From assembly GCA_963668645.2 (NCBI GenBank), contig CAXXWC010000002.1, forward strand, positions 64,001 through 128,000: a stretch of DNA of 64,000 nt, in the 5' to 3' direction. Position numbers and translations under genes: made by a program. The notes under the pieces were generated by a model. It made no database searches. It worked only from the letters and a program-made list of their open reading frames with translations, and had not been told where the DNA came from. The first letter of the stretch is position 1. The number at the start of each line of letters is the position of its first letter. This stretch comes from Desulfobacterales bacterium (GTDB lineage: Bacteria > Desulfobacterota > Desulfobacteria > Desulfobacterales > UBA2174). This document shows, one piece after another, positions 1 to 10,142 of this stretch.

Positions 1-1149
1 GACCGGGACGTGATCGCCGCGGCCCGCGGTCCCATTGCCGATGTGGTGACCCTGCTCACGGTGCGCGGCGGCTTCCTGGTGGGTACGCGCCACTTCGAGC
101 TGCCGGCCACCCCCATGGACGAGAGCGAACTGCTGGCCGGCTTTATCCGCCAGTTCTATGGCACCGGTCCGACTCTGCCCCGCGAAATCCTCCTGGCGGC
201 CCAGTCCGAGGACAAGGCCCTCATCGAAGACTGGCTGTCGGATATCAAGGGCCGGCGGGTCAAGCTGCTTTGTCCCGAAAGGGGCGAAAAAGCCCGTCTG
301 GTGGCCCTGGCCTGCGAAAATGCCGCCGAGGCGCTCAAGGCCATGGGAGCCGACTGCGAAAGACGCACCGAACTGTTAGCCAGCCTTCAGCGGAGCCTGC
401 AGATGGACCGGCTGCCAAGGCGCATCGCCTGTGTGGACATCTCCACCACCGGAGGCCGGCAGAGCGTCGGGGCCATCGTGGTCTTTCATGACGCGGTTGC
501 CGACCCCGGGGCTTACCGGCGCTACAAGATCCGCGGTCCCATCACGGATCCGGACGATTATGCCGCCATGGCCGAGGTCCTCGGCCGGCGTTTTCGTGAC
601 GGTGCCGAGGCGGAAAACATGCCGGATCTGCTCCTGGTGGATGGCGGCAAGGGACAGATGAACGTTGCCCGCCGGATCCTGGCCGAACTCGGCTTGTCCT
701 CCAGCCTGGCCCTGGCGGCCATTGCCAAGGCCGATCCCCAGCGCGGCGAAACCGAGGACAAAATCTTTCTGCCCGCAAGGGCAAATCCGGTCTCCTTCGG
801 CCGCCATCCCGGCCCCCGCCTTTTGCTCCAGGCGGTGCGTGACGAAGCGCACCGTTTCGCCATCGGATTCCACCGCCAACGCCGGGCAAAGGCGGCCGTG
901 GCTTCACAACTGGACGGTATTCGCGGCCTCGGACCGCGCCGCAAGCAGCGCCTTTTAGCCCGATTCGGCTCGGTGGCCGGCATCCGCGCGGCCTCGGTGG
1001 ATGAGTTGGCCGCCGCGTGTCTGCCTTTGGATCTGGCCAAAAGGCTGCACATCCAGCTCCAACCATCGGCGCCCTTGGATGGGGGGCATGGTAGCGATGC
1101 CGCCGGCAGTCCATCCGGCACGGATTTCAGCGAGAGCCTAAGCCCCTAA
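1..1149 (+). CDS. uvrC: Excinuclease ABC subunit C, C-terminal part (gene starts upstream of window)
   Basis: RIACVDIS, YRRYKI, DDYAAM, PDLLLVDGGKGQ, RDEAHRFAI and a C-terminal HhH (LDGIRGLGPRRKQRLL). Confidence 0.95.
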   Translation, partial: DRDVIAAARGPIADVVTLLTVRGGFLVGTRHFELPATPMDESELLAGFIRQFYGTGPTLPREILLAAQSEDKALIEDWLSDIKGRRVKLLCPERGEKARLVALACENAAEALKAMGADCERRTELLASLQRSLQMDRLPRRIACVDISTTGGRQSVGAIVVFHDAVADPGAYRRYKIRGPITDPDDYAAMAEVLGRRFRDGAEAENMPDLLLVDGGKGQMNVARRILAELGLSSSLALAAIAKADPQRGETEDKIFLPARANPVSFGRHPGPRLLLQAVRDEAHRFAIGFHRQRRAKAAVASQLDGIRGLGPRRKQRLLARFGSVAGIRAASVDELAAACLPLDLAKRLHIQLQPSAPLDGGHGSDAAGSPSGTDFSESLSP

Positions 1150-1267
1150 GTTGTTGACTTTTCCGGTTCAAAGGGGTTAGTTTTACACCTTGAAGGACTG
1201 CTTACCAGGCATTCGGCCGAAGGTGGCCGATCCGACACTTTAGATTTGCATCGCCGACGAGGGGTTC

Positions 1268-2194
1268 ATGGATCTGGCCACAAAGCTCAAATCCTTGATC
1301 AAAAGCGCAGAAGTTTACCAGACGCAGGGATTGTTCAGCGAAGCGCGCCAGCACTACGGCAAAGCCCGCGAAATGATCGCAGCCCTTCCCCAGATCAAGA
1401 ACCAGGATGTGCTGCTGAGAAATCTCGACCAGAAACTCAACCGGCTGGATACCCAAATTAAAAGGATCGAGCGCGCCCCCCTGACACCTGAAATTTCTCC
1501 CGAAAGTCAGACCCTGATCAAACGCCTCTTCAGCTTCTCGGCTTCCGAAAGTCCAGAGAACGCCGCTCTCCAGGGGGCCCTGGCTCTGGTTCAATTCGGC
1601 CAGTACAACCGGGCAATCCGGGAATTCGAGGCCTTGCTCGACAGCCCGGGCATCCGTTTTGCGGCTGCCAAAAACATTTTGCGGTGCGCTTTGAATACCG
1701 ATGACCCCCGCTCCGCCGTGAAGCATTATCAACAATGGATCGGCGGTAGGCGGTTCGATGCCGAAATGATGGGCAAGCTCAAACGATTCCTCGAGAATCT
1801 ATTGCCCCAAAAGGGTATCGCCGCCGACTTGGCCGAACCGGAACAAGCCACCCTGGGCATCACCCTCATCGAATTGCCGCAGGAAGTGCCCGAGGAAGAA
1901 GAGGTGATCGACATCACGGCGGTAAGTTTCGATTTCGTCGGCCGTGACCGCAAGAAGCAGCGTCTTGAATACGAGGTAAGCTTTCAATCGAGAAACTTGA
2001 TCAGCATCCTGCTCACCGAACGTGAAAAGGAGGTTTTTGAAGCCCTGCAATTGGGAGAAACCATTGGTGAGGTTGAATTGACATCTCCGATAGCCATTTT
2101 CAAAGGGACTGCCAAGATTATGGAAAAGAACCAGATCAAGGTCGGGCCCCGTAAGGGCTGTTTCAGCGTAGGACTAAAGATTGCCAGCATCTGA
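1268..2194 (+). CDS. Hypothetical protein: helical/TPR-like N-terminus and beta-rich C-terminal domain
   Basis: 308-aa ORF with coding-like composition, co-oriented with and 31 nt upstream of mglA. Confidence 0.7.
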   Translation: MDLATKLKSLIKSAEVYQTQGLFSEARQHYGKAREMIAALPQIKNQDVLLRNLDQKLNRLDTQIKRIERAPLTPEISPESQTLIKRLFSFSASESPENAALQGALALVQFGQYNRAIREFEALLDSPGIRFAAAKNILRCALNTDDPRSAVKHYQQWIGGRRFDAEMMGKLKRFLENLLPQKGIAADLAEPEQATLGITLIELPQEVPEEEEVIDITAVSFDFVGRDRKKQRLEYEVSFQSRNLISILLTEREKEVFEALQLGETIGEVELTSPIAIFKGTAKIMEKNQIKVGPRKGCFSVGLKIASI

Positions 2195-2225
2195 GCCATT
2201 CGGGCCGGATCGGAGTTTCTGACAA

Positions 2226-2846
2226 ATGGCTGTTTTCAACGTCAAAAAGCGTGAAATCGAATGCAAACTGGTCTATTACGGCCCGGGGCGCTGCGGTAAA
2301 ACCACCAATCTGGAGTGGATTCACAGAAGCTTTACCAAACAAATCTCCGGTGAGATGGTATCGATCAATACCGAGGGAGATCGGACCCTCTTTTTCGACT
2401 TTCTTCCGATGGGGTTGGGAAAGATTCGCGGCTGTGACGTACGCATGCAGCTTTACACCGTTCCGGGGCAAGTCAAGTACGGATCCACCCGCAAGCTGGT
2501 GCTCAAAGGGGTTGACGGGGTGGTATTCGTCGCCGATTCGATGGCGGTGCGCCGGGAAAAGAACATCCTCTCGCTCAAGGACCTGGCGACAAACCTGAAA
2601 GAATACGGGCTGAACATCTTTAAGGTTCCCCTCGTCTTTCAATTCAATAAACGCGATCTGGAAGCCGAAGGAATCCCGGTGATGCCCATGGAACAGATGC
2701 ACCGGGAATTGAACCGCCAACTTAAGGCGCCGGTGTTCCCTGCCAGCGCCATTCAAGGTGAGGGCGTTGCTGTGACACTCAAAGAGGCGCTTAAGTTGAC
2801 CTTGCAATACCTTCAAAAAGAAATGCATTGGGCTGAACCGAAATGA
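2226..2846 (+). CDS. mglA: MglA-family small Ras-like GTPase
   Basis: KLVYYGPGRCGKTTN (G1), DRTLFFDF, LYTVPGQ, NKRDL. Confidence 0.92.
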   Translation: MAVFNVKKREIECKLVYYGPGRCGKTTNLEWIHRSFTKQISGEMVSINTEGDRTLFFDFLPMGLGKIRGCDVRMQLYTVPGQVKYGSTRKLVLKGVDGVVFVADSMAVRREKNILSLKDLATNLKEYGLNIFKVPLVFQFNKRDLEAEGIPVMPMEQMHRELNRQLKAPVFPASAIQGEGVAVTLKEALKLTLQYLQKEMHWAEPK

Positions 2847-4345
2847 GTGCGGAAACCGTATTATCCGGCGCCTTGACATTCCTGAGTCTCGCGGACTTGT
2901 TGCAGCTGCTCGGCGGCAACGGGTCCAGCGGCATTTTGCGCCTGCGCAATGAGCAGAATGTTGAACCGGGGCTGATCTACTTCAACAACGGGAATCCCGT
3001 GCATGCGATTTGCCCTTCCAAGACCGGCCTGGAAGCCCTTTACACCCTGTTTGGCTGGGTGGTGGGCGAGTTCGCTTTCAGCCGCGAGAAATTCAACGTT
3101 CCCCAGACCATCCAGCAAAGCCGTATGGAGATCATTCTCGACGGTCTGCGCATGCTCGACGACGGGGAAGTGCGGCGGATCGGATCGGCCGCCGCGGTTG
3201 TTTCCGGCAAGGCCCGCAGCGCATCGACCGGGATGGTGCGGGGCCCGCTGGTCGATTATTTATCCGTGGTCAACGAAGAGCACTTCGCGACCGGATCGCC
3301 CATCGTGCATGAAGGCTCTTATGGCAATTGGATCTGGGTTATCCTGGAAGGGCAGGTGGACATCTTTCGTCAAACCGCGGATGGCCCGAGCAAGATCATG
3401 AGTCTGGGAGAGGGCGCCTTTATCGGGAGCCTTTCCGCTTTTTCGATCCACGGCCATATCCGCAGCGAGTCGTGCGTGGCTGCCACCAAGGTGGTTTTGG
3501 GGGTCCTGGACTTCCAGCGTCTGGCCACCGAGTACAGCCGCATGAGCCACGCCATGCGCCGTGTGGGCGTGAGCCTCGATCAACGCCTGCGGCACCTGAA
3601 CGATCTGATCGTCGGGGACCAACTCGGTCCGGATCTGCTTAAGGATTTGAAGCCGTTAACCTACGGACCTAAGCTTCCGGCAGAAGGTCTTTACCTGATC
3701 ACCGAAGGCCGGGCGGTGGTGGTTCGCGACAGGGATCCTCAGCGGATCGTACTGGCCAGGCTGGAATCCGGAGATGTCTTCGGCCTGATTCCTTTTGCCG
3801 ACATCGGCCATGAACCGCACGCCGCCACTGTTTGGGTCGACGACGCCATCAAACTGACGCGCCTGGACAGCGCCGCCCTGGAAAGTGAATTCGAGCGCCT
3901 GTCCACCACATTCAAGAATATTTTCGACAATCTGGTGATCGCCATGTCCGTTACCACACGCATGGCGATCCAGGAAAGTCAGCGAAACAACTCAAATTCC
4001 GACAAGGCGGGCAAAGATCAACGCCGTCATATACGCTATGACTCCCTCAACCTGCTTCATTTTTCCCTGCCCAGCGGTGCAACACCGGAAAGGCAGGGCA
4101 TGGGAAGGACCTTGAATGTTTCCCAGTCCGGAATCCTGCTTGAAACCCAGGAAGCCATCCCGCCCGGGGAAACCATCGCCTTGACCATCGGACTGGAGGA
4201 GGATCTGGTTACCATCGAGGGCGAAACCGTACACTGCCAGCCGACGGCGGATAAGCGCTTCACTACCGGAATTCATTTTCGCCAGATGAACGACAGCACC
4301 CGGACTGTGTTGACACGCTACATTCAACTTTTTGAACAACACTAA
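2843..4345 (+). CDS. DUF4388 + two cyclic-nucleotide-binding domains + PilZ domain protein
   Basis: LSGALTFLSLADLLQLL..SGILRL (DUF4388); IWVILEGQV..LGEGAFIG and LYLITEG..LESGDVFG (cNMP); QRRHIRY and NVSQSG (PilZ); ATGA overlap with mglA. Confidence 0.85.
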   Translation: MSAETVLSGALTFLSLADLLQLLGGNGSSGILRLRNEQNVEPGLIYFNNGNPVHAICPSKTGLEALYTLFGWVVGEFAFSREKFNVPQTIQQSRMEIILDGLRMLDDGEVRRIGSAAAVVSGKARSASTGMVRGPLVDYLSVVNEEHFATGSPIVHEGSYGNWIWVILEGQVDIFRQTADGPSKIMSLGEGAFIGSLSAFSIHGHIRSESCVAATKVVLGVLDFQRLATEYSRMSHAMRRVGVSLDQRLRHLNDLIVGDQLGPDLLKDLKPLTYGPKLPAEGLYLITEGRAVVVRDRDPQRIVLARLESGDVFGLIPFADIGHEPHAATVWVDDAIKLTRLDSAALESEFERLSTTFKNIFDNLVIAMSVTTRMAIQESQRNNSNSDKAGKDQRRHIRYDSLNLLHFSLPSGATPERQGMGRTLNVSQSGILLETQEAIPPGETIALTIGLEEDLVTIEGETVHCQPTADKRFTTGIHFRQMNDSTRTVLTRYIQLFEQH

Positions 4346-4369
4346 CGATACCGATAGGATAAAGATAGA

Positions 4370-5260
4370 ATGGATCAAGTTGTGCGACAGACCGATTTTC
4401 CTGATTTGAAGCTGCTGCAGCGCGGCAAAGTCCGTGACGTTTACGATCTGGGGGATCGCCTGCTCATGGTGGCCACCGATCGCCTTTCGGCCTTCGACGT
4501 GGTTCTGCCGGATCCGATTCCGGACAAGGGCCGGGTGCTGACCCAAATCTCCCTGTTCTGGTTCGAGCAAATGCGGCCCCTGGTGGAAAACCACGTGATC
4601 ACGGCGGACGTTGACCAATACCCCGAAGTCTGCCGGCCGTATGTCGATCAACTTCGCGGCCGCAGCATGCTGGTCAAAAAATGCCAGCCCCTGGCCATCG
4701 AGTGCGTGGTGCGCGGATACCTGAGCGGCTCTGGATGGAAATCGTACCGCCAAAGCGGCCGGGTATGCGGCATTGCGCTGCCTGCGGGGCTGAAAGAGTC
4801 GGACCGGCTGCCCGAGCCGCTTTTTACCCCTTCTACCAAGGCCGAGGCCGGACAGCACGACGAGAATATCGACTTCGCAGCCGCCGCCCGGATCGTGGGC
4901 GCGCAATTGGCCGAACAGGTCCGTGATCTTTCGCTGAGCATTTATCGACGGGGGGCGGAGCTGGCCGATGCCAAAGGGATTATCATCGCGGATACCAAGT
5001 TCGAGTTCGGTCTGCTGGACGGCCGCTTGATTCTCATCGACGAAGTCATGACCCCGGATTCCTCCCGCTTCTGGCCCAAGGCCGGCTATCTTCCCGGCGG
5101 CGTCCAACAGAGCTTCGACAAACAGTATGTGCGCGACTATCTGCTGACCCTGGAATGGAACCAAAAGCCGCCCGCACCGGCTCTGCCCACCGAGGTGATT
5201 CAAGCCACCCGGGCCAAGTACCTGGAAGCCCTCACGCGTCTGACCGGAACGCCGGCATGA
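4370..5260 (+). CDS. purC: SAICAR synthetase
   Basis: [48 protein letters not shown]. Confidence 0.97.
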   Translation: MDQVVRQTDFPDLKLLQRGKVRDVYDLGDRLLMVATDRLSAFDVVLPDPIPDKGRVLTQISLFWFEQMRPLVENHVITADVDQYPEVCRPYVDQLRGRSMLVKKCQPLAIECVVRGYLSGSGWKSYRQSGRVCGIALPAGLKESDRLPEPLFTPSTKAEAGQHDENIDFAAAARIVGAQLAEQVRDLSLSIYRRGAELADAKGIIIADTKFEFGLLDGRLILIDEVMTPDSSRFWPKAGYLPGGVQQSFDKQYVRDYLLTLEWNQKPPAPALPTEVIQATRAKYLEALTRLTGTPA

Positions 5261-6225
5261 TCAGTGAGCTCGGCCCGCTTCCCATCGCGGCCATCGACTG
5301 CTCGGATGCGACCTTTCGCATCACCACCGAAGAATCCATCGACCGGCTTCGGGACTCCATCGGCAAGATCGGGCTGGTCAGCCCCCCGATCCTGAGGCCC
5401 CTTAAAAATGGTTTTGGCGTGGTCAGTGGATTCCGCCGCCTGGAGGCTTGCCGCTGCCTCGGGTGGTCGCATGTGCCGGCACGCCGGGTTGCGGATGCGG
5501 CCGGTCCATGGCGTTGCGCCCTGCTGGCCGTGGCGGAAAACCTGGGGCAACGGAGCCTGAACCCGCTGGAAACCGGCCGGGCGCTGAGGCTGCTTGGCCA
5601 CACCGCCCCTGACGACAAGCACTTGCGTGAGGCCCTGCATATCTTGGGGCTGCCGGACAACCCTGCGGCCGAGCGGCGTTTTTCGTCGCTATGCGAACTT
5701 CCCGGCACGATCCAGGTTGCCGTGGCGCGAGGGGAGGTGGCCGTGTCGACAGCTGAAAACCTGGGCCGTCTGCCTCGTCAAACCGCCGAACCCCTTGCGG
5801 CGTTGATCGTATCCTTGCGCTTGGGGCTAAACAAGCAGCGTGAGATGGTGGAACTGCTCCTGGAGATCGCCCGTGCCGAGGGGCGGACGCCCGAGGCGGT
5901 GCTGAAAGAGCCTGCTCTGGTCGAAATCATGGCGGATACTCAGGGTGATCGGGCCCACCGGGCGCATCGGCTACGCCAACTGCTGCGCCACCGCCGCTTT
6001 CCCAATCTTAGCCGCACAGAGGCGCGATTCGAAACACTGCGCCGCCGCCTTGCGCTTTCACCGGATGCCGATCTAGTCCCGCCACCCGGCTTCGAAGGAC
6101 GCCACTACCGCCTGAACCTCTCCTTTGCCAGCCGGCAGGATCTTGCCCGCCATCGTGAAATGCTGGATGCCCTTCTGGAAGACCCCGATCTCGAAGCGAT
6201 TCTTGCCTTGGGACTTACATCTTGA
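5257..6225 (+). CDS. ParB/Srx N-terminal-domain protein
   Basis: [38 protein letters not shown]; start placed at the ATGA overlap with the purC stop. Confidence 0.8.
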   Translation: MISELGPLPIAAIDCSDATFRITTEESIDRLRDSIGKIGLVSPPILRPLKNGFGVVSGFRRLEACRCLGWSHVPARRVADAAGPWRCALLAVAENLGQRSLNPLETGRALRLLGHTAPDDKHLREALHILGLPDNPAAERRFSSLCELPGTIQVAVARGEVAVSTAENLGRLPRQTAEPLAALIVSLRLGLNKQREMVELLLEIARAEGRTPEAVLKEPALVEIMADTQGDRAHRAHRLRQLLRHRRFPNLSRTEARFETLRRRLALSPDADLVPPPGFEGRHYRLNLSFASRQDLARHREMLDALLEDPDLEAILALGLTS

Positions 6226-6442
6226 GCAGGGGATCGGCGATCATTTCGATGAAGATGTAGACCACAAAACCGATTACCAACGCTACCGCGACATATACAT
6301 AGTAGTTGTTGAGCCGATGTCTGCGACGGTGCCGGTCCGAGTAAAAGACCTTCTGGCCGCAGGCGGTACAATAATGGACGGGTTTGCCAATCCGGTACTC
6401 GGCGCCGCACTGGCAGGTGACGCTTTTGGTTTCCAGGGGCAT
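6215..6442 (-). CDS. Small zinc-ribbon membrane protein
   Basis: CQC and CTAC Cys pairs followed by one hydrophobic TM segment; GGAG upstream. Confidence 0.6.
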   Translation of the reverse strand: MPLETKSVTCQCGAEYRIGKPVHYCTACGQKVFYSDRHRRRHRLNNYYVYVAVALVIGFVVYIFIEMIADPLLKM

Positions 6443-6512
6443 GGTCGGTCTCCGTTGGAGTAAATCTGAGGTTCAGGGAATCAAGAGGGAATTTTCTTGC
6501 CTTAATCGCACC

Positions 6513-6926
6513 TTATCCGCCATTTGCCGCGTTTTTGGGAGATCCACTAAAAAACGCCTTTGCCTCCCGCCCCAGAAGCAGGTAGGAGGCCGCTGCGAAA
6601 AGAGTGATCACCGCCAGCGCCAGGACGGCCAGCCCTGGGCGGGACTGGATTAAAAGAAAGGTAAAACAGGCATAGAGGATGATAATCAGTGCGTTGCACA
6701 TCAGGCAAAGGGGACGAGCCCATTTTTTAGCCTGGTAGAGGAAGTACCCCAAAAGCACGACGATGATCAATTGTTGATAGAACATCTTTTCGGGAACGGT
6801 GCCTTGAGACAGGCTGAAAAAAAGATAGAAAAACAAAAGATGCCCCCCCCACCCGCCGATCAGGAGCAGGAAAGCATAGCCCACACTTTTCGGAAAATCA
6901 TTTAAAAACGGTATATTAAAATTCAT
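6513..6926 (-). CDS. Hypothetical membrane protein (about 4 TM)
   Basis: 137-aa ORF with four hydrophobic stretches; GAAGGGG upstream. Confidence 0.65.
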   Translation of the reverse strand: MNFNIPFLNDFPKSVGYAFLLLIGGWGGHLLFFYLFFSLSQGTVPEKMFYQQLIIVVLLGYFLYQAKKWARPLCLMCNALIIILYACFTFLLIQSRPGLAVLALAVITLFAAASYLLLGREAKAFFSGSPKNAANGG

Positions 6927-7026
6927 TGGAACCCCTTCCTGGCATTCTGTTGAACCTGCGCCGCCACCGATTGTTATGAAACCCTAACAGTAAATATTAT
7001 AAAATTACAATATGATTTTTTTTTAC

Positions 7027-7082
7027 TTGACACAGTAAAGGACATCAGGTAAAGATGCCTGAAAGAACTAAATTCCATTCAG
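7027..7082 (+). promoter_or_regulatory. Putative sigma70 promoter of tetR with a candidate operator dyad
   Basis: TTGACA at 7027-7032, 17-nt spacer, weak -10 (TAAAGA), AT-rich upstream; CTGAA..TTCAG inverted repeat before the ATG. Confidence 0.45.
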
Positions 7083-7088
7083 AATCTT

Positions 7089-7865
7089 ATGGGCATCCAG
7101 GAACGCAAGGAGCGGGAAAAGGAACGTCGACGCCAGCAGATCATCGTGGCGGCAAAGCGTGTCTTTTCCGAAAAAGGTTTCAGCCGGGCGACCATGGAAG
7201 ATATCGCCCAGCAAGCCGAGCTGAGCCCCGGTACGCTCTATCTGTACTTTAAGAATAAGGATGAACTCTACGCCTCTCTGTCACTGCGGGTCCTGCAATA
7301 CCTCAACATACGCCTGAACCACGTGGTCAAAGAAGAGGGGCTGGACCCCAAGCAGCGCATCGAAGCCCTCAAAGAGGCGATGTACGATGTGTATAAGTTC
7401 GATCCGCTCATCCTTATCAACATGTTCCATCTGCAATCAAGCGAAACCCTGAGGAACTTATCGCCGGAACTGTTTGCGGACATACGCAAACTTACGCGCC
7501 AATCACTGGCCGCCATCACCGTCTTGTTCGAGGACTGTATGCGCTCGGGGGGGGTGCTGAAGCTCAACCCGGCGGCGCTGGCGGATATCCTGTGGGCTCT
7601 GTTCTCAGGAGTGGTGCTCCGGGACGAGAGCAAAAGGATCATCGAGGAAGAGCCGAATCTGCTCCGGGAAACGTTGGAGTTGGCCTTCAACATCTTCCTG
7701 CGCGGCATCCGCAGCGAAACAAACACTCACTTCGAATTGCCGCAAGAACTGCAGGCGATGGCCGGCACGCCTGGTTCGACGATGACCGCCGCCCACGGAA
7801 CCAAACGCAAACCCGAAACCAAGGAGGCCGAAAACCCCGTCGACGGAAACCCGCATCCCCTTTAA
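7089..7865 (+). CDS. TetR/AcrR-family transcriptional regulator
   Basis: IIVAAKRVFSEKGFSRATMEDIAQQAELSPGTLYLYFKNKDEL HTH. Confidence 0.93.
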   Translation: MGIQERKEREKERRRQQIIVAAKRVFSEKGFSRATMEDIAQQAELSPGTLYLYFKNKDELYASLSLRVLQYLNIRLNHVVKEEGLDPKQRIEALKEAMYDVYKFDPLILINMFHLQSSETLRNLSPELFADIRKLTRQSLAAITVLFEDCMRSGGVLKLNPAALADILWALFSGVVLRDESKRIIEEEPNLLRETLELAFNIFLRGIRSETNTHFELPQELQAMAGTPGSTMTAAHGTKRKPETKEAENPVDGNPHPL

Positions 7866-7901
7866 GGACTTTTCTGCAACATCATTTTCAAGGAGGAAGA
7901 G

Positions 7902-9935
7902 ATGGCCGAAAAAGAAATCGTCGAGACTTCCGAAGCTGAAATCGCAGTACATTGGCAGGAAGAAGGGTATTTCCACGCTCCGCTGGAATTCATCGCCCAG
8001 GCCAACATGAACGACCCGGCGATCTACGAGCGCTTCAGCCTGGACAACTTCCCCAACTGCTTCAAAGAGTACGCCGACATGCTCGACTGGTACGAGTACT
8101 GGACCGAAATTCTCGATACCAGCGACGCCCCCTGCTTTAAATGGTTCAAGGGCGGCAAGATCAACGCCAGCTACAACTGCATCGATCGCCACCTATCCAA
8201 AAATCGCAACAAAACGGCCATCCATTTCGTTTCCGAACTCGAGGAAGAGAAAGTCGAACACATCACCTATCAGGAGCTGTGGGTGAGGGTCAACGAGATG
8301 GCGGCCCTGCTGCAGGACTACTGCGGCCTCAAGGCTGGCGATCGGGTGACCTTGCACCTGCCCATGGTGCCCGAACTGCCCGTCACCATGCTGGCCTGCG
8401 CGCGGCTGGGCGTGATTCACAGCCAGGTATTCGGCGGGTTTTCCGGCAAGGCCGCCGCCGACCGGATCCTCGACTCGGGCAGCGATTACCTGATCACCAT
8501 GGACGCCTACTACCGGGGCGGCAAGCTGCTCGACCATAAAGTGAAGTCCGACGAGGCCTGCGCCACCTCCGAGGCCGCCGGCCACAAGGTCAAGAAGGTA
8601 CTTATCTGGCAGCGCTATCCGGGCACGTACTCCGCTGCCACGCCGCTGGTGGAGGGGCGCGATTTTATCGTCAACGACCTTCTGAAAGACTACTACGGCA
8701 AGCGCATCGACCCGGTGCCGATGCCGGCCGAGGCGCCGTTGTTCTTGATGTACACCAGCGGCACCACCGGCAAGCCCAAGGGCTGCCAGCACGGTACGGG
8801 CGGATATCTGGCCTACGTCACCGGCACGAGCAAGTACGTCCAGGACATCCATCCCGAAGATGTCTACTGGTGCATGGCCGATATCGGCTGGATCACCGGC
8901 CACAGCTACATCGTCTACGGGCCGCTATCCCTGTGCGCTTCCAGCGTGATCTACGAGGGGATTCCCAACTATCCGGACCCCGGCCGTCCCTGGCGCATCG
9001 CCCAGAACCTGGGGGTCAACATCTTCCACACCGCGCCCACCGCCATCCGGGCCCTGCGAAAAATCGGACCGGACGAGCCGGCCAAGTACACCTATCATTT
9101 CAAACACATGACCACCGTGGGCGAACCCATCGAGCCCGAGGTCTGGAAGTGGTATTACAACGTGGTCGGCAAGGGCAAGGCGGCCATCGTTGACACCTGG
9201 TGGCAGACCGAAACCGGCGGCTTCCTTTGTTCGACCCTGCCGGCCATCACCCCCATGAAGCCGGGCAGCGCCGGGCCGGGCATGCCGGGGATCCATCCCA
9301 TCATCTATGATGAGGAAGGCAAGGAACTGCCCAAGGGGGCCGGCAAGGCGGGCAACATCTGCATCCAGAATCCCTGGCCCGGAATGTTCCAGACCATCTG
9401 GGGCGACCGCGACCGCTTTGTGCACCAGTACTTCGAACGCTACTGCAAAAACCCCAACAGCAAGGACTGGCGCGACTGGCCGTATCTTACCGGCGACGCC
9501 GCTGTCCAGGCCCCGGACGGCTACTATCGAATCCTGGGGCGCATCGACGACGTGATCAACGTCTCGGGTCACCGCTTGGGCACCAAGGAACTCGAGTCGG
9601 CCGCGATGGTGGTGCCGGAGGTGGCCGAGGCCGCCGTGGTGCCGGTAGCCGACGACATCAAGGGTAAGGTGCCCGACCTCTATGTAGCCCTTAAACCCGG
9701 TTATCAACCCAGCGCAGAGTTGGAAAAGCGCATTTCCCAGGCTCTGTCCACCGAGATCGGTCCCATCGCCAAACCGCGCAAGGTCTGGATCGTGCCCGAT
9801 ATGCCCAAGACGCGTTCGGGCAAGATCATGCGGCGCGTACTCGGCGCCATTTCCAACAAGACCGACGTGGGCGACGTGATGACCCTGGCCAATCCTGAAG
9901 TGGTCGATGCGATCACCAAGATGGTTCAGGGATGA
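7902..9935 (+). CDS. acs: Acetate--CoA ligase (AMP-forming)
   Basis: YTSGTTGKPKG, DTWWQTETGG, GRIDDVINVSGHRLG, PKTRSGKIMRR; AGGAGG RBS. Confidence 0.96.
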   Translation: MAEKEIVETSEAEIAVHWQEEGYFHAPLEFIAQANMNDPAIYERFSLDNFPNCFKEYADMLDWYEYWTEILDTSDAPCFKWFKGGKINASYNCIDRHLSKNRNKTAIHFVSELEEEKVEHITYQELWVRVNEMAALLQDYCGLKAGDRVTLHLPMVPELPVTMLACARLGVIHSQVFGGFSGKAAADRILDSGSDYLITMDAYYRGGKLLDHKVKSDEACATSEAAGHKVKKVLIWQRYPGTYSAATPLVEGRDFIVNDLLKDYYGKRIDPVPMPAEAPLFLMYTSGTTGKPKGCQHGTGGYLAYVTGTSKYVQDIHPEDVYWCMADIGWITGHSYIVYGPLSLCASSVIYEGIPNYPDPGRPWRIAQNLGVNIFHTAPTAIRALRKIGPDEPAKYTYHFKHMTTVGEPIEPEVWKWYYNVVGKGKAAIVDTWWQTETGGFLCSTLPAITPMKPGSAGPGMPGIHPIIYDEEGKELPKGAGKAGNICIQNPWPGMFQTIWGDRDRFVHQYFERYCKNPNSKDWRDWPYLTGDAAVQAPDGYYRILGRIDDVINVSGHRLGTKELESAAMVVPEVAEAAVVPVADDIKGKVPDLYVALKPGYQPSAELEKRISQALSTEIGPIAKPRKVWIVPDMPKTRSGKIMRRVLGAISNKTDVGDVMTLANPEVVDAITKMVQG

Positions 9936-10142
9936 TTTGTACCATGCCCCGGACCGCTTTCTTTTGAATGAGGAAATCGTTCCGGGGCCACAGTGAAAAA
10001 TGGCCTGCCATGGTTTCAGCATTTTCAAACATCCGAAATTTGCGAAGGGAGGTGATACCCCCATCGATGCAGCGCCGGGAAGGGGAGGGGCTTCTTTCCG
10101 GTTTCACTCGTAACCTGTTGAGGTTGCTCACAGGAGGGCATT

